A stretch of 64,000 nucleotides of DNA, from positions 271,437-335,436 of the forward strand of contig JBMNNJ010000001.1 in assembly GCA_050953885.1 (NCBI GenBank). The letters run 5' to 3'. Positions 49,498-59,041 of this stretch are shown one piece after another. Position 1 is the stretch's first letter. Every line of letters starts with the position of its first letter. The stretch is from Patescibacteria group bacterium. Its GTDB lineage: Bacteria; Patescibacteriota; Microgenomatia; 0-14-0-10-38-17. The notes under the pieces are model-generated. The model made no database searches. It was not told the origin of the DNA and was given only the letters and a program-made list of their open reading frames with translations. The position numbers and the translations under genes were made by a program.

Positions 49498-50737
49498 TTT
49501 TTTAAAATTAGCCATTAAAAGCCTTTTAGTCAATAAACTGCGGACTTTTTTAACCATGCTGGGCATTATTATCGGCGTTGGCTCGGTGATTATGCTCATG
49601 TCGGTAGGAGCGGGGGTACAAACTTTTGTCAACCAGCAATTTGAACTGATTGGCGCAAATAATATCTTTATTATCCCCGGCCAGATGGGAGAAATGGCAA
49701 TGATGGGTGCAGGAGGAGGCAGTGGCAGCTCATCAACCGGCCAAACCACTTCCCAAGGAGGCTCGCTAGCCACCATGAGCACTTCAAAACTCAAGGAAAA
49801 ACATGTTAAAGGAATAAAGCGATTAAGCAGTGATATTTTAGAAGCAACAGGGACCATCGAAGTGCCCGCGAAAGCCACTTATAAAAACGAGGCTATTTTT
49901 GCTTCTCTTTCGGGGATTGATGAAAATTTTTTCGCCGCCAGTAATTTAGCCGTCCAGGTAGGTCGACCGATTGAGGAAAAAGATATCTTAAACAAAAGAA
50001 AAGTGGCCGTTATTGGCCCGGAGGTAGGCGAAGAACTTTTCCCCGGCATTGACCCTTTAGGAAAAAAAATCATCGTCGCTAATGTTTCTTTTGAGGTGGT
50101 GGGAATAACGGAAAAAAGAGGTACCGGCGGCATCGGCGGTAATATTGACCGGGTGATTTATGTTCCCTTTCCGATCGTCCAGAGCTTGACGGAAAAAGAA
50201 GGCCTACAGGCAATTTTAGTTAAGGTCTCCGATCGGGAAAAAATTCCCCAAATAATCGCTTTAATTAAAGATTATCTTTCTTCCGAACTTGACGAAAACG
50301 AATTTTCAGTTATAGATCAGACCAAAATTTTGGAAACGGTTAACGCGATTTTAACCATCTTAACTTACGCCTTAACCGCCATCGCTGCCATTTCCCTCTT
50401 AGTCGGCGGCGTGGGGATTATGAATATTATGTTTGTTTCCGTGGTTGAACGCACTAAAGAAATTGGCATCAGAAAAGCGGTGGGCGCCACATCGGGGAAC
50501 ATCCGCTCTCAATTTTTAACCGAGGCGGTGATTTTAAGTCTTTTTGGAGGTATTTTAGGAGTTGGTTTTGGGGTTTTGGGGGCCCAAATTGCCAACCGCT
50601 GGCTTACCACTACCGTCACCCCTTCTTCTATTATCCTTTCCCTAGGCGTGTGCTCTCTTATTGGAATTATTTTCGGTGTTGCCCCCGCCGCCCGGGCCGC
50701 CAAACTTGATCCGGTTGAGGCGCTGCGGTACGAGTAA
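49484..50737 (+). CDS. ABC transporter permease (MacB/FtsX type)
   Basis: RTFLTMLGIIIGV, GGVGIMNIM..SV.ERTKEIGIRKAVGA, LDPVEALRYE. Confidence 0.93.
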   Translation: MKLIDFLKLAIKSLLVNKLRTFLTMLGIIIGVGSVIMLMSVGAGVQTFVNQQFELIGANNIFIIPGQMGEMAMMGAGGGSGSSSTGQTTSQGGSLATMSTSKLKEKHVKGIKRLSSDILEATGTIEVPAKATYKNEAIFASLSGIDENFFAASNLAVQVGRPIEEKDILNKRKVAVIGPEVGEELFPGIDPLGKKIIVANVSFEVVGITEKRGTGGIGGNIDRVIYVPFPIVQSLTEKEGLQAILVKVSDREKIPQIIALIKDYLSSELDENEFSVIDQTKILETVNAILTILTYALTAIAAISLLVGGVGIMNIMFVSVVERTKEIGIRKAVGATSGNIRSQFLTEAVILSLFGGILGVGFGVLGAQIANRWLTTTVTPSSIILSLGVCSLIGIIFGVAPAARAAKLDPVEALRYE

Positions 50738-50796
50738 AAATACACGAATTAGCACGAATGGGAAACGAAAGAACACGAATGAGCGAATGAAATGTT

Positions 50797-50825
50797 GTAG
50801 GGGCGTATTGCATACGCCCGCAACA
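50797..50825 (+). repeat. GTAG-family REP; a reverse copy lies at 60935-60964
   Basis: GTAGgggcgtattgcatacgcccgcaaca. Confidence 0.8.
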
Positions 50826-50912
50826 ATTTAACAGTTTAACAATATAACAATATAACAATTTGTTTACCATTTTTCTCTTGTTAAGATTGTCTCTTCGTGT
50901 TATCATAATCTT

Positions 50913-51200
50913 ATGAAAAATGAAGAAAGAGGCTATGAACTAACCGTTCTTTTTCCTCTCCAGCTTAAAGAAAAAGATAAAACCCAAGAAGCTCTCAAAA
51001 AGGAAATTGAAAAAGCAGGCATAATAGAAAAAGAAGAAGATTGGGGAGAAAAAAAATTAGCTTATCCGATTAAAAAGAATGAAAGAGGGCATTTTTATTT
51101 CTACGAGCTTCGGACAAGCCCTGAAAAAATTAAAACTCTTGACGGATGGCTAAAATTAAACGAAAATATTCTTCGTTATCTAATTGTTTTAAAAGTTTAA
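50913..51200 (+). CDS. rpsF: 30S ribosomal protein S6
   Basis: YELTVL, WGEKKLAYPIKK, ILRYLI; rpsF-ssb-rpsR gene order. Confidence 0.93.
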   Translation: MKNEERGYELTVLFPLQLKEKDKTQEALKKEIEKAGIIEKEEDWGEKKLAYPIKKNERGHFYFYELRTSPEKIKTLDGWLKLNENILRYLIVLKV

Positions 51201-51213
51201 GGGGGTGAAAAGA

Positions 51214-51708
51214 ATGGCCAGTCGCTCGTTAAACAAAGTCATGCTCATCGGCAATTTAACCCGTGACCCTGAATTGCGCTATACGCCGCAGGGAACGGCC
51301 GTTTGCACCCTTGGTTTGGCCACCAATTATTCTTGGACCACCGAACAGGGTGAAAAAAAAGAAAGCGTCGAATTTCATCGTTTAGTGGCTTGGAATAAAT
51401 TAGCCGAAATTTGTTCCCAATTGCTTTTTAAAGGGAGAAAAATATATGTGGAGGGGAGGCTGCAAACCCGACAATGGGAAGGTCAGGACGGCGCCAGCCG
51501 GCAAACCACAGAAATCGTTATCACTGACATGATTATCTTAGATTCCCGTCGGGAGCAGGAAGAAGGAGGAGAAACCACCGCCGGTGAAGAAAAAACGCCA
51601 ACGGTAATCCCGGAAGAAACTGCCCCAAAAGAAGACGCTAAAGAAAAAGAAAGCAAGGAAAAAAATCCGCCCGAGGAAGAAGTTAAAGCGGAGGATATTC
51701 CTTTCTAA
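51214..51708 (+). CDS. ssb: Single-stranded DNA-binding protein
   Basis: LNKVMLIGNLTRDPELRYT, acidic tail EDIPF. Confidence 0.97.
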   Translation: MASRSLNKVMLIGNLTRDPELRYTPQGTAVCTLGLATNYSWTTEQGEKKESVEFHRLVAWNKLAEICSQLLFKGRKIYVEGRLQTRQWEGQDGASRQTTEIVITDMIILDSRREQEEGGETTAGEEKTPTVIPEETAPKEDAKEKESKEKNPPEEEVKAEDIPF

Positions 51709-51751
51709 ACCTTACCAAAAAATAAAAAAGGGGGAAAATGTTGTTGGATTT

Positions 51752-51807
51752 GTAGGGGCGGGGTTTCCCCGCCCGAAATCAAACGGGTCGGAAAACCCGA
51801 CCCCTAC
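51752..51807. repeat. GTAG-family REP doublet
   Basis: GTAGgggcggggtttccccgccc ... gggtcggaaaacccgacccCTAC. Confidence 0.85.
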
Positions 51808-51935
51808 AGGGAACAGACATACAAATTTATTACAACCTCCAGCAATGAAACAATGAAACAATGAAACGATACACATTCGTATCCATTCGTTTCTTTTAAC
51901 AATTTAGCAGTTTAACAATTCAACAATTTAACCAT

Positions 51936-52178
51936 ATGAAAAGAAAAATAAAACCGGTTAAGAAAAGAAAAAGCACCAAAAAATGCTTTTTTTGCCAGAA
52001 GAAGAAAGAACCCGATTATAAAAACTGGGAAGAGCTAAAACCATTCTTAAGTGAATGGGCGCGGATTTTGCCCCGCGAGGTAAGCGGCCTTTGCGCTAAA
52101 CACCAGCGCCGGCTAACTCGTGAAATTAAAAAAGCGCGCTTTTTGGCTTTACTTCCTTATGTGAGAAGAGTAGAGTAG
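51936..52178 (+). CDS. rpsR: 30S ribosomal protein S18 (Zn-binding form)
   Basis: [23 protein letters not shown]. Confidence 0.95.
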   Translation: MKRKIKPVKKRKSTKKCFFCQKKKEPDYKNWEELKPFLSEWARILPREVSGLCAKHQRRLTREIKKARFLALLPYVRRVE

Positions 52179-52183
52179 AGGAT

Positions 52184-52912
52184 ATGGAATTTTCTTTTCT
52201 CTTCCCCCTGCCAGCTAAAATCGAGCTTAACATTGGTCAAGGGGAAAAAATCAAAGAAGGCGATATTCTTGGCCACTACCTTTCCGAAAAAAAAATCAGC
52301 CTTAACTTAGCCCAAAAATTAGGTCTCCCCCCTAAAAAAGTCGGTCAAGCTTTAGCCATTAGTTTGGGAAACAGCATTAAACAAGGCGATCTTTTGGCAG
52401 AGAAAAAAAGCCTTTGGGGTCCCGGCGTTAAAATTTACTCCCCTGTCGGGGGCAAAGCTTTTTCTTTTGATCAAGAAAGGGGAATCTTAACTCTTGTTTC
52501 ACCGGCAAAAAAAGTGGCGGTGCGCGCCCCCATCAACGGAAAAATAGAGAAAGTTGAAAAGGAGGGATTGGTTATTAAAACCGAAGGAACAATTTTCCCT
52601 CTTTGCTGGGCAAAAGGAAAAATTGTTTTTGGTCCCTTAAAAAAATATACCGGTTCTTTGGCAAACTTAAGTATCGAAGACCGGGGAAAAATTCTTCTTT
52701 TTACAGAAATTATCAACCTAAGTTTAATTAAAAAAAGCGAAGCTTTAAAAATTAAAGGCTTGATAAGTGCTAAAAAAAGCGACGATTTTCCTACCTTTCT
52801 TACTCTTGCCCAACTTAAAAATCCGGATGATGAGAAAAAGATTGCCGCTTATGAAAATCAAAAAGCGGTTTTAGACCCGAAAAATAAAGTGTTGGCAATT
52901 GTTAATTCTTAA
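52184..52912 (+). CDS. Hypothetical protein with barrel-sandwich (lipoyl-like) repeats
   Basis: Repeated GEKIKEGDILG / GNSIKQGDLLA / SPVGG / APINGKI. Confidence 0.6.
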   Translation: MEFSFLFPLPAKIELNIGQGEKIKEGDILGHYLSEKKISLNLAQKLGLPPKKVGQALAISLGNSIKQGDLLAEKKSLWGPGVKIYSPVGGKAFSFDQERGILTLVSPAKKVAVRAPINGKIEKVEKEGLVIKTEGTIFPLCWAKGKIVFGPLKKYTGSLANLSIEDRGKILLFTEIINLSLIKKSEALKIKGLISAKKSDDFPTFLTLAQLKNPDDEKKIAAYENQKAVLDPKNKVLAIVNS

Positions 52913-52914
52913 AA

Positions 52915-54144
52915 ATGACGTCTAAAAAATTACGCCGCTTAATTATTGCGGTTACGATTTTAATTTTTGTTTTTTGGGCGGGCTGGCAGGCAAAAGAATT
53001 AAGTTTCAAAAAGACTATTTCCTCTCGCGCTTCTTCTTTTTCGCAAAAGTTAGCTACCTCTCCCTTGCTCTTGGAAACCCTTTCCTCCCTTGAACGTTCT
53101 TTTTTGGAAAAAGAAAAACTCCAAAATGAAGAAGAACTAATTTACGGCGCCATTGAAGGAACCGTGGCCGCCTTAGGCGATCCTTACACCGTTTTTTTAC
53201 CCCCCAAAGATAATCAGGGCTTTAAAGAAGATTTGGCGGGCAGTTTCAGCGGCGTGGGTATTCAGCTGGGTTATAAAGACAGTCAATTAGTGGTTATTGC
53301 CCCTTTAGAAGGCAGCCCTGCCTTAAAAAGCGGTATTCGCGCCGGCGATGTGATTATTCATATCAAGGATGATAAAAAAGGCATTGACCAAAGCGCCTTA
53401 GGTCTTTCCTCGGCGGAAGCGGTGGAATTAATTCGCGGCCCCAAGGGAACACCGGTTACTCTGACGGTTATTCACCAAGATGAAGAAAATCCCGTTGAAG
53501 TTACCATTATTCGCGAAGAAATCACTGTCCCCAGCGTAGAACTGGCAATGGCAGAAAAAGACGGGAAAAAAATCGCCCACCTGAAATTAACCCAATTCGG
53601 CGACCGCCTTGAAGAAGAATGGTCGCAGGCCATCAACAAAATTCTTACCATCAAAAACGCGCCCGAATTTGGCGGCGTGGTGCTTGACTTGCGCAATAAT
53701 CCCGGCGGTTATTTAGACGGCGCCGTTTACATTACCTCGGAATTTTTAAGCCAAGGAGTAGTTGTCCAACAGGAAGGGGAGGGGGGCAGGAAGCAATCCT
53801 TCACCGTTAACCGCCGCGGCCAACTAACTGATGTTTCCTTGGTTGTTTTGATTAATCAGGGAAGCGCTTCGGCCTCCGAAATTGTCGCCGGCGCCCTGCG
53901 AGAAAACAAAGGGATCCTTCTTATAGGGGAGACTTCTTTTGGCAAGGGAACAATACAGGAATCGCAGGAGTTAACGGGGGGGGCGGGTCTTCACATTACC
54001 GTTGCCCGTTGGCTTTTGCCTAATGGCGATTCTATTGATAAAGTCGGCTTAAAACCGGATATTGAAGTTAAAGACGAAGAAACCGAAGAAAATCAAGATC
54101 CGGTTTTGGAAAAAGCCTTAGAAGAATTAACCCAAAAAAGCTAA
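52915..54144 (+). CDS. ctpA: C-terminal processing protease (S41A) with PDZ domain
   Basis: LGDPYT, GVGI PDZ loop, DLRNNPGG, SASASE, SFGKGTIQ. Confidence 0.93.
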   Translation: MTSKKLRRLIIAVTILIFVFWAGWQAKELSFKKTISSRASSFSQKLATSPLLLETLSSLERSFLEKEKLQNEEELIYGAIEGTVAALGDPYTVFLPPKDNQGFKEDLAGSFSGVGIQLGYKDSQLVVIAPLEGSPALKSGIRAGDVIIHIKDDKKGIDQSALGLSSAEAVELIRGPKGTPVTLTVIHQDEENPVEVTIIREEITVPSVELAMAEKDGKKIAHLKLTQFGDRLEEEWSQAINKILTIKNAPEFGGVVLDLRNNPGGYLDGAVYITSEFLSQGVVVQQEGEGGRKQSFTVNRRGQLTDVSLVVLINQGSASASEIVAGALRENKGILLIGETSFGKGTIQESQELTGGAGLHITVARWLLPNGDSIDKVGLKPDIEVKDEETEENQDPVLEKALEELTQKS

Positions 54145-54146
54145 AA

Positions 54147-55427
54147 ATGGCCAAAAACGTTTCTCTTAACCCCCTGCGGGGGATGCGCGATTTTTATCCC
54201 CAAGATTTTGCCTTTCATTCCTGGCTTTATCAAAAGGCGCAAGAAACTCTGGCAACTTGGGGTTTTGAAGAATACGACGGCCCAATTTTGGAACCCTTAA
54301 GCCTCTACCGTGCCAAATCAGCGGAAGAAATTGTTAAAAAACAAGCTTATACCCTCAAACCCCCCGGCGGGAAGAAAACCTTGGTTTTGCGCCCGGAACT
54401 AACCCCTACCTTAGCCCGCATGGTGGCGGCGCGGGAAAACGAGTTGGTTTTCCCTCTTTTCTGGTGGTCCTTTGGCCCCTTTTTTCGCCATGAGGCTCCC
54501 CAAGCCGGCCGAGGCCGAGAATTTTACCAAATTAACGCTGATATTTTAGGCGAAAATTCTCCCAACGCCGACGCGCAAACAATTGCCGTTGCCTGCGAAC
54601 TTTTAAAAAATTTAGGTTTAACAAGCGATGAGGTGGTGGTTTTAGTAAACGACCGCCAATACTTGGAAGCCAAAATGGACTTAATCGGCATTAAGAAAAA
54701 CCTTTGGCAAGAAATTTTTCGCCTTATTGACAAAAAAGAAAAAATTGGCCAAGAAAATTATGAAAAAGGCTTAAAAGAACTTGGCCTTGGCTCTCTGGCG
54801 ATAAAAGATCTCGACCTTGCCTTAAAAGACCGCGATTTTGGCAAAGAAAGCGCCTCCCTAACGGAAATTTTTTCTACCCTTGGCGACTTAGGCTTTGCCT
54901 CTTGGGTTCAATTTGAACCCTCCATTGTCCGCGGTTTTGATTACTACACCAACACCGTTTTTGAAGCCTACCTTAAAAAAGGTTCCAAAAGAGCGCTTTT
55001 AGGCGGCGGCCGCTATCAAAACTTAGTCCGTCAAGTGGGGGGTAAAAAAGAAATTGGCGGGGTGGGCTTTGCCGCCGGCGATATGATCTTAGAATTAGCC
55101 CTTAAGGAAACTGGTCACTTCCCTCGTTTTGAAAACCTAGGCGCCACGGTTTTGGTCACCGTTTTCAACGAGGCTTGTTTTCGCGAGTCAATCGAATTAA
55201 CCCGCCTTTTACGAGAAAGGCAAATTAAAACCGAGCTTTATCTTAATCCTCATTCCTCTTTAAGCGACCAGCTTGCCTACGCCAGCAAAAAAGGCTTCCC
55301 TTTTGCCGCCATTTTGGGCGAAAAGGAAATTGCGCGCCAGAAAATCGCTCTTAAAGATCTTAAAACCGGCCAGCAGGAAGAATTAAACCTTGACGAGGCG
55401 GTTGAAAAAGTTTCAAGTAAAAAATAG
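54147..55427 (+). CDS. hisS: Histidine-tRNA ligase
   Basis: RGMRDF, LRPELT, FRHEAPQAGR.REFYQ, VRGFDYYT, GGGRY. Confidence 0.96.
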   Translation: MAKNVSLNPLRGMRDFYPQDFAFHSWLYQKAQETLATWGFEEYDGPILEPLSLYRAKSAEEIVKKQAYTLKPPGGKKTLVLRPELTPTLARMVAARENELVFPLFWWSFGPFFRHEAPQAGRGREFYQINADILGENSPNADAQTIAVACELLKNLGLTSDEVVVLVNDRQYLEAKMDLIGIKKNLWQEIFRLIDKKEKIGQENYEKGLKELGLGSLAIKDLDLALKDRDFGKESASLTEIFSTLGDLGFASWVQFEPSIVRGFDYYTNTVFEAYLKKGSKRALLGGGRYQNLVRQVGGKKEIGGVGFAAGDMILELALKETGHFPRFENLGATVLVTVFNEACFRESIELTRLLRERQIKTELYLNPHSSLSDQLAYASKKGFPFAAILGEKEIARQKIALKDLKTGQQEELNLDEAVEKVSSKK

Positions 55428-55560
55428 GAGTAGCGCGCACCAGTTATTCGCTCATTCGCACCCATTCGTCTCTCATTCGTGTTATTCGTGTCTATTCCTA
55501 ATTTCTTAATTCAGCAAGCGATAGCAAGCGAATTTCTTAATTTCTCTCCAGTCTTTCCCA

Positions 55561-56658
55561 ATGCGCCAAGCTAACGCACATCAAGCGTGTCAAACCGTAA
55601 CCAAATTTGATCGGATCGAAGAATTTTTAAGATTAAGAGGTGAGCCAAAATATAGATTTACCCAAATAACCGAAGGAATTTTTAAACAAAGATTAGACGA
55701 TTTTGAGAAGATTACGATGCTCCCCGAAATGTTAAGAAGAGAGCTGAAAGAAAGGTTTGGCTCGGTTTTAACTATTACCCCAATTAAAGAAGAAGAATCC
55801 CCTCATACAGCAAAGCTTCTTTTCAAGTTAAAAGATGGGGAACGAGTTGAAGCGGTGAAGATGGAATTTTGGAGGGAAAAGGAGTGGGAATCTTTGTGTA
55901 TTTCCTCACAGGTTGGCTGCAATTTAGGTTGCACTTTTTGCGCGACAGGAAAGATAGGATTAAAAAGAAATTTAACCCCAGATGAAATTATTGATCAGCC
56001 TCTTTATTTCCATCTGAAAGGCGATCGTGTCCATAGTATTTCGTTTATGGGAATGGGAGAACCGCTGGCCAATCCGGCAATGTTTGTCGCCATAAAGACC
56101 CTTACCAATAAAAAACTATTCGGATTTAGCCAAAGAAAACTAAATGTTTCCACCGTGGGGCTTCTCCCTGGAATAAAAAGATTAACCGAAGAGTTCCCCC
56201 AGATTAACATTGCTTTTTCTCTTCACACTCCTTTTGAAAATCAAAGAAGAAAGCTTATGCCTATTGCTGAACGCTACCCAACCGAGGAAGTGATGGCAGT
56301 CTTAGACAAACACGCCAAAAGGAATAAAAGAAAAGTTTTTCTATCCTATATGATGCTGAAGGGAATAAATGACAGTCCAGCGCACCTGGAAGCATTGAAA
56401 AATTTAGTTAAAAATAGAAGTGAAATTTCCTATCTTTACCATGTGAATTTAATAACTTATAACCCCGCGCCAGGAGTGGAAGGAGGGTTTCAATGCTCTG
56501 ATAAAGAAAGGATAGAATGGTTTAAAAAGGCACTAGAAAAAGCAGGGATAAATGTTACCATTAGACAGTCTTTTGGGGCAGAAATCCATGCTGCCTGTGG
56601 ACAGTTATACGCGAAATATAAAACCTTAGCTTTAAACGATAGGGATCGGATTCCCTGA
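55561..56658 (+). CDS. Cfr-like 23S rRNA A2503 radical SAM methyltransferase (RlmN/Cfr family)
   Basis: CISSQVGCNLGCTFCATG, SISFMGMGEP, AACGQLY; many segments match recalled Cfr sequence. Confidence 0.85.
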   Translation: MRQANAHQACQTVTKFDRIEEFLRLRGEPKYRFTQITEGIFKQRLDDFEKITMLPEMLRRELKERFGSVLTITPIKEEESPHTAKLLFKLKDGERVEAVKMEFWREKEWESLCISSQVGCNLGCTFCATGKIGLKRNLTPDEIIDQPLYFHLKGDRVHSISFMGMGEPLANPAMFVAIKTLTNKKLFGFSQRKLNVSTVGLLPGIKRLTEEFPQINIAFSLHTPFENQRRKLMPIAERYPTEEVMAVLDKHAKRNKRKVFLSYMMLKGINDSPAHLEALKNLVKNRSEISYLYHVNLITYNPAPGVEGGFQCSDKERIEWFKKALEKAGINVTIRQSFGAEIHAACGQLYAKYKTLALNDRDRIP

Positions 56659-56815
56659 CCCATTTGATTTCGGGCGGGAAGACCTAAAACAACCCCCGGG
56701 GCAAGATTGATTAGCTTTTACCAAAAAAAAGGGAGAATATCACAAGTGCCCTTGACTTACACAAGAAAAGAATGTTTTTAATTAAAATGGTAAAATGATT
56801 CACGCTTTTAAACCT

Positions 56816-57433
56816 ATGAATTATTGCTATCTTGTAAGACACGGAGAAAAGAATAGCACTAAAGGCGATCCTTCTTTATCTGTTTTAGGCAAAAACCAAG
56901 CCCAATTAACCGCAAATTATTTAAAAAAATTTCCTATTACGAGGATTTATACTAGTCCTCTTAAAAGATGTTGGGAAACGGCGGAAATAATTGCCAAAAC
57001 TCTTAAATTATCATTTGATATTGAAGAAGATCTTCGGGAGAGAATTAACTGGGGTGATGATCCAAATTTATCTTTTGAGGAATTTTTGAAATTATGGGAA
57101 AAAACAAGTATCAATCGGGATTGGAAACCACAATTTGGAGATTCCTCAAAAAATGCAGGTAAAAGATTAGAACAAGTGATCAAAGAGTTTTCTAAAAATA
57201 ACGCGCATACTGTTTTCGTGACTAGTGGGGGGATTATTACCGATTTTTTAAGAAATGTCTTTTCGGAGAATTATTTAAGAAAATTTAAATCCGATTTCCC
57301 GGAGAAACGCGAAAAGTATATTAAGGAGTGTTCGATTACCGTAGTTAGAGAAACAAACAGCAATTTTGAGTTAATCAAACTCGCTTCAGACGATCACCTT
57401 TCTTTTCCAACAGAATCGCTTTTAAATAACTAA
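56816..57433 (+). CDS. Histidine phosphatase family protein
   Basis: LVRHGE, YTSPLKRCWETA, DLRER; second His motif altered (VTSGG). Confidence 0.85.
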   Translation: MNYCYLVRHGEKNSTKGDPSLSVLGKNQAQLTANYLKKFPITRIYTSPLKRCWETAEIIAKTLKLSFDIEEDLRERINWGDDPNLSFEEFLKLWEKTSINRDWKPQFGDSSKNAGKRLEQVIKEFSKNNAHTVFVTSGGIITDFLRNVFSENYLRKFKSDFPEKREKYIKECSITVVRETNSNFELIKLASDDHLSFPTESLLNN

Positions 57434-57648
57434 TTACACCTTAGCTAATTACACCTTAGAGGTGGTTACTATTTGCACCTCTGGTAAAAATAATTACACC
57501 TTAGAGGTGGGTTGTCCCGCCATAGCGGGATCCGCCTTTGGCGGTCCGCTCGGGACGGATCCCGCCACGGCGGGACTATTTGCACCTCTGGTAAAAATGT
57601 AATTACACCTTAGAGGTGGGTTTCTATTTGCACCTCTGGTAAAAATGA
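57432..57648 (+). repeat. Tandem ~46-bp hairpin repeat (3 units plus a partial one) with a GC-rich insert in unit 2
   Basis: Unit aattacaccttagaggtgg(n)ctatttgcacctctggtaaaaa. Confidence 0.9.
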
Positions 57649-57905
57649 ACTTCTTAAGGTCAAAAATTTTGCTTCTTCTATTGATGAGTATCTGGGAAAA
57701 AAGAAGGAATGCCGCAAAAGCACTTAGCTTATACAGGGGATAATCCTTATCGTTTTAAGATTATTTCTTCGTACTTAATTAAGAACAGACAAAAAAATTA
57801 ACGTCATCTATCCAAAAATTGAGGAAAAATTATTAATTGCCAAAGGATAATCAATAAAAAGAGTAGGGGAGGCGCTAAACTAACAGGCGCCAGCTTATCA
57901 AGCCC

Positions 57906-58643
57906 TTAAGTTAAAATTCCCAATTTCGTGAGTTTCTCTTCAATCATTCTTCTCGCGCGCCTAAAAAAATCAGCCGTCATTTTTTCCTCTATGTGATAGC
58001 GGCGATAAACCCAATCGGCATAATGATAGTTCATTCGGTCGATAATTACCCGGTCAACCTTGCCGGAGAACATTTCCGGCAAATACTCCGCCCCCGGTAA
58101 AAGAGGAGCAATCATCGCGTAAGTTCTTACCCCCGCCTGATGTAATTTTTCCAGCGCCTTAATTCTTTCTTCTATTGAGGGAGCAACTGGTTCAAACAAT
58201 CTTCTTATCTTCTCATCGGCGGTGGCGAGACTAAAACCAACCTTAAAACCCTTCCTTTTTTGAAAAATATCCAAATCCCTTAAAACCAAAGGCGATTTTG
58301 TCTGCACCACCACCGGCCAGTTATTCTCGGCTAAAATCTCCAAACAACGCCGCGTGAGCGCAAATTTTTCCTCCACCGGCTGGTAGGGATCGCAAACCCC
58401 GCTTAGCCAAACTTTTCCGGGCTTTTTCCTGCTAATTTCTTGCCTTAATAAATCGGGGGCGTTAACTTTAATATCCACAAACTGACCCCAAGCTTCCCGG
58501 TGGCCGGTAAATCTTTTCATATAACGGGCATAACAATAAGAACAGCCGAATTGACAGCCGACATAGGGATTAACAACATAAGGATAAACTTTGGAGGGGG
58601 AAAGAATTGTTTTGGGGTAAATTTCTTTAAAAATCATTATCAT
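57906..58643 (-). CDS. Radical SAM protein, SplB-like/Rv2578c group
   Basis: NPYVGCQFGCSYCYA, CDPYQPVE, QTKS..V.RDLD. Confidence 0.85.
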   Translation of the reverse strand: MIMIFKEIYPKTILSPSKVYPYVVNPYVGCQFGCSYCYARYMKRFTGHREAWGQFVDIKVNAPDLLRQEISRKKPGKVWLSGVCDPYQPVEEKFALTRRCLEILAENNWPVVVQTKSPLVLRDLDIFQKRKGFKVGFSLATADEKIRRLFEPVAPSIEERIKALEKLHQAGVRTYAMIAPLLPGAEYLPEMFSGKVDRVIIDRMNYHYADWVYRRYHIEEKMTADFFRRARRMIEEKLTKLGILT

Positions 58644-58738
58644 CTAAAGACTAATCATTTTGCCTCAAACAGCATTAATATTATACCGCAAGAACAGTCA
58701 CTTCATTTTTCTCTTTTTTATGGTAAAATAAACATACT

Positions 58739-59041
58739 ATGAAAGCAAAAATTCATCCCCAGTACTATCCTCAGGCGAAAGTAACTTGCGCTTGCGGCAA
58801 CACCTTTACCACCGGTTCAACCCAACCGGAAATTAGGGTGGAAATTTGCGCTCAATGCCATCCCTTCTTTACCGGCGAGACCAAATATGTTGACAGCGGC
58901 GGCCGGGTAAAAAGATTTGAGGAATGGCGGCAAAAAGCCCAAGAAAATCCGCGCCAAAAGAAGGGGAAGAAAAAAATCACTTCACAAACGTCGCCTGCTT
59001 CGCTCAAAGAAATGCTGGAAAAAGCGGCAAAAAATGGCTAA
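58739..59041 (+). CDS. rpmE: 50S ribosomal protein L31
   Basis: [29 protein letters not shown]. Confidence 0.95.
   Translation: MKAKIHPQYYPQAKVTCACGNTFTTGSTQPEIRVEICAQCHPFFTGETKYVDSGGRVKRFEEWRQKAQENPRQKKGKKKITSQTSPASLKEMLEKAAKNG

Noticed and set aside
57432-57648. Possible CRISPR array
   Set aside because: Units are nearly contiguous with no unique equal-length spacers, and no cas genes are present.
58917-59041. Extended RF1 N-terminus or programmed rpmE-prfA frameshift
   Set aside because: The extension is the off-frame read of rpmE with no RF similarity, and there is no RF2-type CTT-TGA site or internal SD.
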